A stretch of 42,492 nucleotides of DNA from Nanobdellota archaeon (GTDB lineage: Archaea; Nanobdellota; Nanobdellia; SCGC-AAA011-G17; GW2011-AR17), in assembly GCA_030018575.1 (NCBI GenBank), contig JASEIA010000001.1:1-42492 (forward strand), given 5' to 3'. Both the position numbers and the translations under genes were made by a program. Below the pieces are notes generated by a model. That model ran no database searches and was not told where the DNA came from. It worked only from the letters and a program-made list of their open reading frames with translations. Shown piece after piece: positions 8,347 to 16,931 of this stretch (positions are counted from its first letter, which is position 1; each line of letters opens with the position of its first letter).

Positions 8347-8904
8347 TTATTTGTTTTTCAAAGAATTCCACATCTGCCTTGTCATCTGCATTACAATCTC
8401 CACCTTGCCGTTGTCAATGTTAGGCCTTTCCATGACTTCCTCAAAGCCTAATTTGCCGTACAGCCTTAATGCGCCTGCATTTTCCTTGTAAAGCCCCAGA
8501 TTGATTATGCTTATTTGCTTTCCAAACAGCTTTTGCTTTTCCTCAAATACGTAATCAAGAAGCATCTTCATTGCCTCTGAGCCGTACCCGCTTTTTGCCT
8601 CGCCTATCATAATAGCAACTTCAGGGCCGCCATTGTCATAATCCTCATAGCCATATCTTAAGCACACGTCTCCAATCATTGTATCATCGCTTTTCCTGAA
8701 TATGCCCCATGTCATGTTGCCTTCGTCTTTTCTCCATTCTGCTATGACTTCCCTGACTTCTTCCAGTGTGTGGGGTTCGTTGCCTGTTCCTGTCAGGACG
8801 TGCTTTGCATTCAGAAGCTCCATGTATCTCTTGTAATACTTCTCCTCGTCAGGAATTCTCGCGAGGTATAACCTCTCTCCGGTAATTGTGTCCAGCGTGT
8901 CCAT
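8347..8904 (-). CDS. GNAT family N-acetyltransferase
   Basis: The acetyl-CoA motif region IGEAKSGYGSEAMKMLLDYVF and ALRLYGKLGFEEV. Confidence 0.75.
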   Translation of the reverse strand: MDTLDTITGERLYLARIPDEEKYYKRYMELLNAKHVLTGTGNEPHTLEEVREVIAEWRKDEGNMTWGIFRKSDDTMIGDVCLRYGYEDYDNGGPEVAIMIGEAKSGYGSEAMKMLLDYVFEEKQKLFGKQISIINLGLYKENAGALRLYGKLGFEEVMERPNIDNGKVEIVMQMTRQMWNSLKNK

Positions 8905-9103
8905 TGCGATAATAATGGTGCAAGCAGGTTAAAAAAGGTTTTGCAGGAGGCAGATTTGACGAGGGAAGGCAAAATTGCTTTTCGGAATTTTTGTAAACCT
9001 TTCAGAGTTTATTTGCCTGAACATAATGTTCCAAATGCAGGGTTGCTTCTTCATTTGTTTTGAATATATTTACATCATTCATTTTTATTCCCCCTATTTC
9101 TTC

Positions 9104-10429
9104 CTATAACCCCAGACTATTTAAAATCTTCTCTTTGTCAAACGCTTCCAAGTCCTTGTACTCCTGCCCCATACCGAGAAATAATATTGGCTTCTTTGTG
9201 ACATAAGTGACTGAAATTGCTGTCCCGCCTTTCTCATCAATGTCTGCCTTTGCCAAAACAACAGCGTCTATGCCCACTGCCTGGTCAAAGCTCCTTATCT
9301 GCTCAATGCAGTCATTGCCTGCTATCATCTCGCCAATGTATATTTTTAAGTCAGGCTTTGCCACTCTTACTATCTTTTTCATCTCATCCATCAGGTTTGC
9401 ATTGCTGTGCTGCCTTCCTGCAGTGTCTATAAGAACTACGTCAATATTTCTTGCCTTTGCCATTTCAACCGCGTCAAACGCTACTGCAGCCGGGTCTGCG
9501 CCGTAATCATGCTTTACAATCGGAACATTCAATCTCTTTGCATGCTCTTCCAATTGCTGGATTGCAGCGCTCCTCCATGTGTCTCCTGCTGCTAACACGC
9601 ATTTCAAGCCAGTCTTCTGCAGCATGTAAGCCATCTTTGCAATTGTTGTTGTTTTCCCGCTTCCATTGGCGCCAAGGAAAGATACAATGTAAGGCTTTTT
9701 CCCTTTTGCCTCTTTCACAAAGTCAACTGCCTTGTAATCGTCAAAAAGCCCGCTGATGCTCTCCCTCAGGCTTTCCACAACAGCATCCTCCACCTTACCC
9801 CTTGTTATTGGCTTTTCAACCAAGTCATTCTTGAGGTCTGCCTTTATCTTTCCAATGACTTCAAATGCAACATTGTTTTCCAGCATTGCAAGCTCCAGCT
9901 CCCAGAACAATTCATCGAATCTTTCAGGAGAGATTTTGGTTGTTGTAATTGCCTGCTTTAGGCGCGAGAAGAATCCCTTTTTCTCCTCTTGTATTACTTC
10001 TTTCTTTGGAGCTTCGTGAATAACCTCTTTCTTAGGAGTTTCGTGAATAATTTCCTTCTTAGGCTCCTCTTTTTTTGGGATTTCGCGAATAGGCTCCTCG
10101 CGGGCAACCTTTTTCTTGATTTCTTTTACAGCTTCTTTCGGCTTTTCAAAATGCTTTTTTTCCTCAACAAAAGGCTGCCTTAATTCTGCTTTTTTCTCCT
10201 CTTTTCTCAGTGTTTCCTTTGGCTTTTCTATGCGGGTTTCTTTCGGCTTTTCAGGAATTATCTCAACAGGCGGAGGCGGCACTTCTATATCCTCAATCTC
10301 CTGCTCTGTAAATATCTCTTCAGGCTCTATATGCGGCGGAAGCGGAACCTCTATGGGCTCTTCCTTCTCAATGGCAGAGCTTATCCTGCTTACTGCCGCC
10401 TTTAGCTTTTCCTTAAGGAACTTGAACAT
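9104..10429 (-). CDS. ftsY: Signal recognition particle receptor FtsY
   Basis: NG domain with GANGSGKTTTIAK, DTAGR and LAKADIDEKGG. N-terminal K/E/P repeat-rich A-domain. Confidence 0.92.
   Translation of the reverse strand: MFKFLKEKLKAAVSRISSAIEKEEPIEVPLPPHIEPEEIFTEQEIEDIEVPPPPVEIIPEKPKETRIEKPKETLRKEEKKAELRQPFVEEKKHFEKPKEAVKEIKKKVAREEPIREIPKKEEPKKEIIHETPKKEVIHEAPKKEVIQEEKKGFFSRLKQAITTTKISPERFDELFWELELAMLENNVAFEVIGKIKADLKNDLVEKPITRGKVEDAVVESLRESISGLFDDYKAVDFVKEAKGKKPYIVSFLGANGSGKTTTIAKMAYMLQKTGLKCVLAAGDTWRSAAIQQLEEHAKRLNVPIVKHDYGADPAAVAFDAVEMAKARNIDVVLIDTAGRQHSNANLMDEMKKIVRVAKPDLKIYIGEMIAGNDCIEQIRSFDQAVGIDAVVLAKADIDEKGGTAISVTYVTKKPILFLGMGQEYKDLEAFDKEKILNSLGL
9984..10064. repeat. Three tandem 27-nt units inside the ftsY A-domain
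   Basis: Units of about TTCGTGAATAAYYTCYTTCTTAGGAGY encode PKKE(V/I)IHE(A/T) repeats. Confidence 0.7.
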
Positions 10430-10467
10430 TATTGTATTGCTTGAAAACAGAATATATAAACCTTATG

Positions 10468-10605
10468 TTAGCGGAGCTTTTTTACGATATCCCTTACAAA
10501 ACTGCTTATGAAGTTATAGATAATGTATATATAATAGATTGCCCAGAATGCAATTAGCCCCACTATTATTGCAAGCAGTATCAGCAGGATTGTCCATAAG
10601 TCCAT
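10468..10605 (-). CDS. Possible 45-aa membrane mini-protein
   Basis: Hand translation gives MDLWTILLILLAIIVGLIAFWAIYYIYIIYNFISSFVRDIVKKLR. Below the ORF-track cutoff. Confidence 0.3.
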   Translation of the reverse strand: MDLWTILLILLAIIVGLIAFWAIYYIYIIYNFISSFVRDIVKKLR

Positions 10606-10762
10606 GCAGATTATCAGGGGTTTTTGGTATTTAAGCTTTCTGAGCTTTCAAAGCAGGCTTAGGTCTCCTAAAAAGCGCTTAACGCCTTTATAAAGTAACT
10701 AATGAGTAGTAACAAATAGAAAGGCTTATATAGGCGTAAAACAAGTTAATACTGGGGGTAAA

Positions 10763-10855
10763 ATGATAAAACCTATTCAAAAAAAGCCATTGGAAAACAG
10801 CGCAGAAGAAAAGCGCAGGAACGAGGAAGATATATTAGCAGAGGGCTATTACTAA
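10763..10855 (+). CDS. Possible 30-aa leader ORF
   Basis: MIKPIQKKPLENSAEEKRRNEEDILAEGYY. ATG lies 31 nt after TATA CTTATATA (10725-10732) and the ORF ends 9 nt before the next gene. Confidence 0.2.
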   Translation: MIKPIQKKPLENSAEEKRRNEEDILAEGYY

Positions 10856-10864
10856 AGGTGAAAA

Positions 10865-11494
10865 ATGAAGCCGCTATCAGACATGCTCAACGACTACTTT
10901 GCAGGCAGGGAATTATCCGAAGATGAATTAAAGGCGGTTCTTGCGTGCAGGGAAAGGTGCATTAAGCAGGCTGCGAGCCATTCGCTTACAAGCACAACGT
11001 CTTATGCAATGTCATTTGATGTGCAGATGCAGATGCTAAGGAAATATTTTGAAAATGCTGAAACTATCATAAGGGATTCAATAAATGGCAGGAAAGCAAT
11101 CGAGCTTGGGCCCGGATGCAATCCGATGCACAAGTGGCTTCTTGAGAAGGGCGCTTCGGAATACACAGGCGTTGAGTTGTTTTATCCGCGGATATCGGAA
11201 AAAATGGTTGAAGGGGAAAATGCGAGAATTGCTGCCAATGATGCATTGTCATTTCTTGTTTCTCAGCCTGGCGAGTCAGCAATAGTTGCAAGCAGGGGTG
11301 TCCTTAACCAGGAAGTCATGCCTTCTTCGAATTATGCAAGGTTTCTGGCAAGGGAGATTTACAGGGTTACGCCCAAAGGCGGAATCACGATACATTCTAT
11401 GGGCGTGTCCTCGCTTGATGCAAAGCGCTTCTTTAGGGAAGCAGGATTCAGGCCGCTTGATGAAAGGGATTACAATGCAGTATGGGTAAAGTAA
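10865..11494 (+). CDS. Class I SAM-dependent methyltransferase-like protein
   Basis: AIELGPGCNP (motif I-like) and YTGVEL (post-I acidic). By eye it is more GC-rich than its neighbours, and many overlapping alternative-frame ORFs are present. Confidence 0.45.
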   Translation: MKPLSDMLNDYFAGRELSEDELKAVLACRERCIKQAASHSLTSTTSYAMSFDVQMQMLRKYFENAETIIRDSINGRKAIELGPGCNPMHKWLLEKGASEYTGVELFYPRISEKMVEGENARIAANDALSFLVSQPGESAIVASRGVLNQEVMPSSNYARFLAREIYRVTPKGGITIHSMGVSSLDAKRFFREAGFRPLDERDYNAVWVK

Positions 11495-11530
11495 GATTTT
11501 TCCATAATTTTCCATATTTCTACCAATATA

Positions 11531-11640
11531 GATAATTCTGCGACTTAGATGACAAATTGGCAGAATTATCTGATGGATAATTCGGTGGAATATATGACAT
11601 CTTGAACCGAATTATCCATATCTAGAATATCTAGAATATC
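11531..11640. repeat. Palindromic GGATAATTC-family element, copy 2 (two tandem hairpins plus a 10-nt tandem)
   Basis: Hairpin a is GATAATTCTGC (11531-41) with GCAGAATTATC (11560-70). Hairpin b is ATGGATAATTCGG (11573-85) with CCGAATTATCCAT (11607-19). These are followed by ATCTAGAATATCTAGAATATC. Confidence 0.85.
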
Positions 11641-11690
11641 TTGGGATTAGGCTTAAATAGCGTTTTTCTTCTGGTTTTCCTGTAAGGTTT

Positions 11691-11754
11691 GCAGGGGTTT
11701 TGGAATTCCGGCTTTGCCGAAAGCGCAAGCCAGTATCCCGGAAAAATCCCCTGC
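11691..11754 (+). promoter_or_regulatory. Long GC-rich imperfect hairpin in the putative lrp leader
   Basis: GCAGGGG (11691-97) pairs with CCCCTGC (11748-54). Inner pairings are UUUU/AAAA, CCGG/CCGG and GGCUUUGC/GCAAGCC. It lies between TATA-like CTTAAATA (about 11652) and ATG 11769. Confidence 0.45.
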
Positions 11755-11768
11755 AGGAGAACTAACAA

Positions 11769-12242
11769 ATGGAAATGGACAAGAGGGAAATGCTCATAAT
11801 ATCTGCCCTGAGGCAGAACTGCAGGCAGAGCCTGACTGACATGAGCAAGGAGACAAGGATACCAATCTCGACAATACACGAGAGGATTAACTGCTATGAC
11901 AAGACGCTGATAAAAAAGCACACTGCACTGATTGACTTTGCAAAGCTTGGATTCAACACAAGGGCGAAAGTGCTTATCAAGGTTGAGAAAGAGCAGAGAA
12001 AGAAGCTGCAGGATTTTCTTGAAGACTGCAAAAACGTCAACACCCTGCTGAAAGTGAACAACGGGTTTGATTTCCTTGCAGACATGGTTTTTCCGCACAT
12101 AAAGGAAATGGAGGACTTTGTCGAGGGAATAGAGAAGAAGTTCAGGGTTTTGAACAAGGAAGTGTTTTATGTCATTGATGAGCTGAAGATGGAGGAGTTT
12201 CTTGCAGACCCTGCGCTTGTAATGATGGAGCAGAATGATTGA
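11769..12242 (+). CDS. Lrp/AsnC family transcriptional regulator
   Basis: N-terminal HTH (LRQNCRQSLTDMSKETRIPISTIHERI) and C-terminal RAM-like domain (AKVLIKVEKE..VNTLLKVNNGFDFLADMVF). Confidence 0.8.
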   Translation: MEMDKREMLIISALRQNCRQSLTDMSKETRIPISTIHERINCYDKTLIKKHTALIDFAKLGFNTRAKVLIKVEKEQRKKLQDFLEDCKNVNTLLKVNNGFDFLADMVFPHIKEMEDFVEGIEKKFRVLNKEVFYVIDELKMEEFLADPALVMMEQND

Positions 12243-13341
12243 GGAAATAAACAGCTATTTTAAGGAGCGCTTTGGGGTTTCTGTTGCAGAAACAAAGCTG
12301 CATTCCCATTCAGAATCAGAATGGAAGCAGTTCTCTGAAAGCAATGGATTCAATGCAGACGGGGCTTATCTTGTAAGAGGCAGGGAGGCGCACGTGAATG
12401 CCGATTCAAGGTTTGCGGCGATAGACACATTTCACGAGTATTTCGGGCACGGGCTTTACACAGAGCATTCTGTTATTGGCAAAAAGCTTTATTCGCTTGA
12501 GCAGAAGCTGATGAATGAGGAGAAGGAGGCAGGCGTATCTTCAAGGGAAGAGCTGGGGAGATTCAGGGAGAATAGCGATACCTGCAGGGAAATAAGGGAA
12601 TTCCAGGAAAAGACAATCGCACCTTACGAGGGCTTTGCAATGTGGATGGAATGGCACTTGTCGATGCTTACAGGAAAAATGCCGCTTTACGAAAAAAAGG
12701 AGGCTTGCAGGAGCGAAGGGGCAAGGCGCCTGACAAATGAATTCATTGAATTCTCAAGGCAAAACACTGACTATGCATTGCTGTATGCCAACGGCTTTCC
12801 AAAGCATTGCAATATGGCTGTTTTGAATGAAATTGCAAGGAATGTGTTCAGAAATGACTTGAATTCAATTGCTTTTGCATTGGTTTACGGCTCTCGCAAG
12901 CCTTATTCAGACATTGACCTGTTTATCGTGTCTGACAAGATTCCCTGCTTTTTCACAGGCTGGCTTGACGTGTATTCAGTGCCAAGAGAGAAATTCAGCG
13001 AACTGCTTTCAAAGCAGGACATATCAATAACAGACGCATTGTGCTCGGGGGAATTGATTTATGGGAATAATGCATCTTTTCAGAATGCAAAACATAAGGC
13101 GGTTTCTGCGCCTCCTTCCAAAGAGGCAATTGATTTTCATTTAAACCATGCCTGCAAAGCAAAAGAGCTTTCTGAAAAGTGCACGGATGCAAGGGAAAAA
13201 AGAAGCGCTGCAAGGTATGCTGTTTCTTACAGGCTGAATGCGATTGAAATGCAGAGAGGAAGAAAGCCGCTTACATTGAACACCTTAATGGAAAGGTATC
13301 CTGAGCAATTCAGGCCATTTGAAAAGCCTTATATAGAATAA
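12235..13341 (+). CDS. Fusion protein: N-terminal HEYFGH-motif domain plus minimal nucleotidyltransferase plus helical C-domain
   Basis: LVYGSRKPYSDIDLFIVSD is a GS...DxD nucleotidyltransferase motif at about aa 215-235. The N-terminal half carries HEYFGHGLYTEH. It overlaps the lrp stop by 8 nt. Confidence 0.55.
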   Translation: MIEEINSYFKERFGVSVAETKLHSHSESEWKQFSESNGFNADGAYLVRGREAHVNADSRFAAIDTFHEYFGHGLYTEHSVIGKKLYSLEQKLMNEEKEAGVSSREELGRFRENSDTCREIREFQEKTIAPYEGFAMWMEWHLSMLTGKMPLYEKKEACRSEGARRLTNEFIEFSRQNTDYALLYANGFPKHCNMAVLNEIARNVFRNDLNSIAFALVYGSRKPYSDIDLFIVSDKIPCFFTGWLDVYSVPREKFSELLSKQDISITDALCSGELIYGNNASFQNAKHKAVSAPPSKEAIDFHLNHACKAKELSEKCTDAREKRSAARYAVSYRLNAIEMQRGRKPLTLNTLMERYPEQFRPFEKPYIE

Positions 13342-13357
13342 ATAACACTTAATTCAC

Positions 13358-13516
13358 ATGGAGCCAAGCCAAAGAAACGCGCTATACAGGGGCGCTGTTG
13401 AAAGGTACGCTCACGCGCCGCCTGAAAAGCCAAGAATGAGATTCCCGTGGGGAATTATAATAGCTCTTTTGATACTAATACTTGTTTATTATGTCGTGAA
13501 CAAGTTCTTATTTTGA
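13358..13516 (+). CDS. Possible 52-aa single-pass membrane protein
   Basis: Hand translation gives MEPSQRNALYRGAVERYAHAPPEKPRMRFPWGIIIALLILILVYYVVNKFLF. Confidence 0.3.
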   Translation: MEPSQRNALYRGAVERYAHAPPEKPRMRFPWGIIIALLILILVYYVVNKFLF

Positions 13517-14143
13517 AGAAGCTTGCTGGCTTCTTGCGTTCTGCAGCTCTTCATCAACCACCGGCTTGAAAGGCGGTATCGGAGCAGGGCAAACCAATGA
13601 CAAACCAATCTCTGCCGTCACTGTGCCAACCTTTGTCCTCGGCCTCCATGCTGTAGCCTGGAACTGAGTCCTGCCTTGCTCGTCGCGGTAATAATACCCA
13701 TCTGTCGGGCATTCCGGAGACCAAACAATGCATTCAATCCTGCCGCCTTCTGCCCCTTCAGGAAGCTCAAATTCCATTATATCAAGAGAGCGCATGTCTA
13801 AGGCATTACTCCCTCCAACATGGGAAATCTGCCCGTCACGCGCTATATAATTGACAAAAAACTCGTACTGAATCCAAGACAATGCGCAATTGTTGTCTGC
13901 GGAAGGCCTGCATTTTAATCTCAGGTTTTCAGCGTAAGCATGCTCGCCCCTGTAATCATAAGGATAGTTCCTTGCTTTCATCGTAAAGCTGATATCCCTT
14001 ACCCTTTCTGTGAATTTGGGTTCGATGCTCACAGCCCTTGTTGAATCATCAAGAAAATACGTGTCAAGGCAGTCCTCCTGTATGCATCCCAGTGAAGAAG
14101 CGATTCCTGCCGCGGCTAAAATTAAAGCGAGTTTTGTTGTCAT
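13508..14143 (-). CDS. Secreted, lipobox-bearing Cys-containing hypothetical protein
   Basis: Signal peptide MTTKLALILAAAGIASSLGC with a lipobox-like LGC. No recognisable domain. Confidence 0.55.
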   Translation of the reverse strand: MTTKLALILAAAGIASSLGCIQEDCLDTYFLDDSTRAVSIEPKFTERVRDISFTMKARNYPYDYRGEHAYAENLRLKCRPSADNNCALSWIQYEFFVNYIARDGQISHVGGSNALDMRSLDIMEFELPEGAEGGRIECIVWSPECPTDGYYYRDEQGRTQFQATAWRPRTKVGTVTAEIGLSLVCPAPIPPFKPVVDEELQNARSQQASSK

Positions 14144-14213
14144 TTTATCGTAAATACCCCTGAAAAAAGAGATATGCGGGTACTATATAAACCTATCTAA
14201 ACTAAACAGAAAT

Positions 14214-14813
14214 TTATCTCGAGGCGTCGCACTGCCTTTCTAATTCAAGCTTCTTTGCGATTGCGTTTGAGCTTTGGTCAAGGTTAAAAGCTTTTATAAT
14301 CTCGTCAGCCAGGGCTTCTTCGATGTGCTTCTTTGTGTTGAATGATTTTGCGTATGAGCCCTGAACCATCATCTTCATTGCAAGGTCAACCCTTCTCTGG
14401 GGCGCGCACTCGACTGCTTTGGGGTATTTCGCCCCGCCGTACTCTATGGTTGTTATTTCCTCCCTCGGAGCGGCGTTCTCAATCGCCTTTACAAGAACCC
14501 CTACAGGGTTCTTTTTTACCCTTGATTCGATTATTGCAAGGCACTTCTCCATAATCTTGTACTTGCCCAATGCCTTGCCGCAGCAGTGGCCTGAGCTTGT
14601 CTTGTGCTTCTTGCCCTTGTGCCCTGGCACCATTATCTTGTTCATCATTCTTTCAACAACATTGCTTTTTGTCTTCCAGAACATAATGCCTATGTTTCTC
14701 CCGCCTGTCCTTGGTATGATAAGAGGATGGAGGTTTATGTAATCCTTCAATCCGGGGTCATCCGCCTTTATTGCTGAAGTGTCCCACTTGTTGAACAGCA
14801 TTATCTTGCTCAT
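14214..14813 (-). CDS. rps7: 30S ribosomal protein S7 (uS7)
   Basis: [40 protein letters not shown]. Start ATG 14813 overlaps the S12 stop as ATGA. Confidence 0.93.
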   Translation of the reverse strand: MSKIMLFNKWDTSAIKADDPGLKDYINLHPLIIPRTGGRNIGIMFWKTKSNVVERMMNKIMVPGHKGKKHKTSSGHCCGKALGKYKIMEKCLAIIESRVKKNPVGVLVKAIENAAPREEITTIEYGGAKYPKAVECAPQRRVDLAMKMMVQGSYAKSFNTKKHIEEALADEIIKAFNLDQSSNAIAKKLELERQCDASR

Positions 14814-15247
14814 CTTCTTCCCTTCTCTATCTTTCCTTTCCACAATGCGTAAAGGCTCTGGTCATTGACTTTTATTACCTGCCATCTGACGCAGGGAACA
14901 TCGCCCTTTGCCCTTCCCATTTTTCCGCCGATGCACTCAATCACAACCTCGTCGTGCTCGTCGATGAACTTGATTGCGTTATAGCCGGGAACAAATGCAG
15001 TAACTTTCTTGCCGTTTTTTATTAACTGGCATCTCACGCACTTTCTCATTGCCGAGTTTGGCTGCTTTGCCTCTAATTGGACTTTCTCTAGAACTATTGC
15101 CTTTGCCTGTGAGCTTCCCCTTAACGGGTCTGCCTTTTTTCTTAATTGGAAAACTCTTCTTATGAACTTGCTGTCGCACTGCCTGCTGGCTTTCCTTCTC
15201 TTCTTAAGCTTGTTGCCTGCGTACATTCCTTTTGATTTGCTTCCCAT
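14810..15247 (-). CDS. rps12: 30S ribosomal protein S12 (uS12)
   Basis: [28 protein letters not shown] and [13 protein letters not shown]. Confidence 0.95.
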   Translation of the reverse strand: MGSKSKGMYAGNKLKKRRKASRQCDSKFIRRVFQLRKKADPLRGSSQAKAIVLEKVQLEAKQPNSAMRKCVRCQLIKNGKKVTAFVPGYNAIKFIDEHDEVVIECIGGKMGRAKGDVPCVRWQVIKVNDQSLYALWKGKIEKGRR

Positions 15248-15274
15248 TTTATCAGTATGAGGAGAAGCACGTTA

Positions 15275-15282
15275 TTTATAAA
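15275..15282 (-). promoter_or_regulatory. TATA box of the S12-S7 operon
   Basis: Palindromic TTTATAAA about 30 nt upstream of ATG 15247. Confidence 0.55.
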
Positions 15283-15339
15283 CGTTGCGGTGAGCCCGAA
15301 GGAGAAAGGTTTGGAACGCAAGTGAGAAAACGTTGCGGT
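15280..15339. repeat. 12-nt direct repeat AAACGTTGCGGT, two copies
   Basis: Copies at 15280-15291 (abutting the TATA) and 15328-15339, with the partially complementary ACGCAAGT between them. Confidence 0.6.
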
Positions 15340-15663
15340 AGGCATGAGTAAGAAGCATATGCCGTGATAGGGGTTATTCTTAATGTAGAAGTTATGGATA
15401 TGCTGTTTAAAGGGTGAGGAGAGACGTTGTTAGTGTAGTGAGGGGCGGATGTGATTAATCTGCGTTCAGTCATAATTGTAAGAAAGAGAGAATAAGAGCT
15501 ATAAGAACTATTGAGAATGAGCCAAGGAAAAGATACGCAGAGAAGGAGGTTTGGGGGATAAATGCTTAGTTCTTAGATTAACTCGCAGCCCAAAACCCTG
15601 CCCAGCCATTTCTACCGAAAGGCTTATATAGTAATTATACTATAAGATTATAGTAATATTACT

Positions 15664-16710
15664 ATGAAACAGATAACTTACCGGATGTTGGATGCCCTTG
15701 GCAGAACCCTCGGCAGGCAGATTTCAATAAGCGAATTAGCCAGGGCAATAAGAAAACTCCGCGGCTCCGCATATTACAAGAACATTTACGATGAAACAAA
15801 ATCCCTGCGAAAGCAGGGGATTATCACCATCAATGAATCAGGCAATTCATGCCTGCTCAGCCTAAACCCCTCCTGCAGCGGAATAGCAGACGTGATGGCG
15901 GAAGCAGAGATTATAAGAAAAAGAGAGCTGCTTGCCGGCCGTGAAAACAGGATGCTGCTGGCTGCTGACATTGAGGCTGAATTCAGGGCAGGGCACGCCA
16001 TAAGCGCAATTGCCATGATAAACCCCGAGCAAAATTTCAGGCTTAACAGGGCTGAGCTGCTTTTTATCCTGCAAGAAACATGCGATTCCGATGAAAGAGA
16101 AGGCATCCTGCTGAAGGCAAGGGGGCTTGAAAAGAAGCACGGAACAATAATAGACTGCATTCTGCTTAATGAGCAGAAGCTCATTGAGATGCTCAGCAAT
16201 GGCGAAGCAAACCCCTTGAAGGCGATGCTTATGGACAAGATTGCAATAAGCTCCCCCCAGGCATTCTGGGCTGTGCTGATGCAGGCGATGAAAGAAGGGA
16301 GGAGAATACTGCTGCAGGAATACATCAAGCCAAAGGAAGATGATTTGATGCATAACATGGCAAGGCTGGGATACAGGGAGATAGGGTGGAAGCCCGAAAA
16401 AGCAATGGATTATTCCATTGAGCCGCTGATAGCGGAAATACTCGCCAAGGGCAGCGCGAGAATGAATGAGGCCGTACCAATCCTTCTGGCAAAAAATCCT
16501 TTGGATTATTCACTCCTTATATTCCTTTGCAGGAGAACCCGCCTTGCGGGAAAGCTTCTCGGCATTCTTTCTGCAATGAAAAAGATTAAAAGCAGCAAAG
16601 AGCTGGAAATTGCAATAAGGATAATATACGGCATATACGGCGAGAAAGAAATAAAAGCTGATGAGAAAAGCATAAGGCAGAAAATGAGGCTGTACAGCGC
16701 ATGGCAATAA
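15664..16710 (+). CDS. wHTH-containing protein, AbiEi-like position
   Basis: N-terminal winged-helix-like ISISELARAIRKLRGSAYYKNIYDETKSLRKQGIITI. It overlaps the downstream nucleotidyltransferase ORF by 10 nt. TATA at 15623-15630. Confidence 0.5.
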   Translation: MKQITYRMLDALGRTLGRQISISELARAIRKLRGSAYYKNIYDETKSLRKQGIITINESGNSCLLSLNPSCSGIADVMAEAEIIRKRELLAGRENRMLLAADIEAEFRAGHAISAIAMINPEQNFRLNRAELLFILQETCDSDEREGILLKARGLEKKHGTIIDCILLNEQKLIEMLSNGEANPLKAMLMDKIAISSPQAFWAVLMQAMKEGRRILLQEYIKPKEDDLMHNMARLGYREIGWKPEKAMDYSIEPLIAEILAKGSARMNEAVPILLAKNPLDYSLLIFLCRRTRLAGKLLGILSAMKKIKSSKELEIAIRIIYGIYGEKEIKADEKSIRQKMRLYSAWQ

Positions 16711-16931
16711 CAAAAATAGAGCTTCTTGAATTTTTGGAAGAGATTGATAAGATTATTGGGAAGGCTGTTACCTTAATTGCTGTAGGAGGCACTGCAATGA
16801 CGCTGCTGGACCTGAAAGCTTCAACATTAGACATTGATTTTGACCTGAGCGCAGAAGACGTTGATGTATTCAGGAAAGTGGTAAAAAGCCTGCCTCCTGG
16901 GCCAAGAGTTGACATATTCACGAAGGCATGA
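16701..16931 (+). CDS. Nucleotidyltransferase (AbiEii/DUF6036-like), N-terminal half
   Basis: IAVGGTAMTLLDLKASTLDIDFDL matches the GGTA...S.DID nucleotidyltransferase signature. The ORF stops after only 76 aa. Confidence 0.5.
   Translation: MAITKIELLEFLEEIDKIIGKAVTLIAVGGTAMTLLDLKASTLDIDFDLSAEDVDVFRKVVKSLPPGPRVDIFTKA

Noticed and set aside
12420-12460. HEYFGHGLYTEH read as a metzincin or HExxH protease active site.
   Set aside because: The spacing is HExxxH and the Gly and third His are each one residue off the metzincin pattern, so a protease call is not justified from sequence alone. It is kept only as a motif note in a finding.
15298-15560. Possible RNase P RNA. GGAGAAAGGTTTGG loosely resembles the CR-I GAGGAAAGUCC motif, and AAGGGTGAGGAG resembles the AGGGUGAAAGG region.
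   Set aside because: The would-be P4 partner (15541-15560) is a direct repeat, not a complementary copy, and no CR-IV/V-like ACAGAA..GGCUUA is present. The resemblance is superficial.
15786-16358. Long antisense ORFs (190 aa and 163 aa) inside the 15664-16710 gene. Similar stacks of alternative-frame ORFs occur in ftsY (9207-10511), 10865-11515, 6016-6977 and 28093-28359.
   Set aside because: They lack motifs, start contexts and promoters, and they overlap better-supported genes. They are most simply explained by locally higher GC and codon bias that deplete stop codons.
177-16931. Alternative genetic code, suggested by the in-frame TAA in the hsdR tail and the TGA at the split nucleotidyltransferase.
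   Set aside because: All housekeeping genes terminate normally at TAA, TAG or TGA with well-fitting lengths. The hsdR fragment also has a frameshift and a missing body, and the nucleotidyltransferase split involves a frame change, not an in-frame stop.
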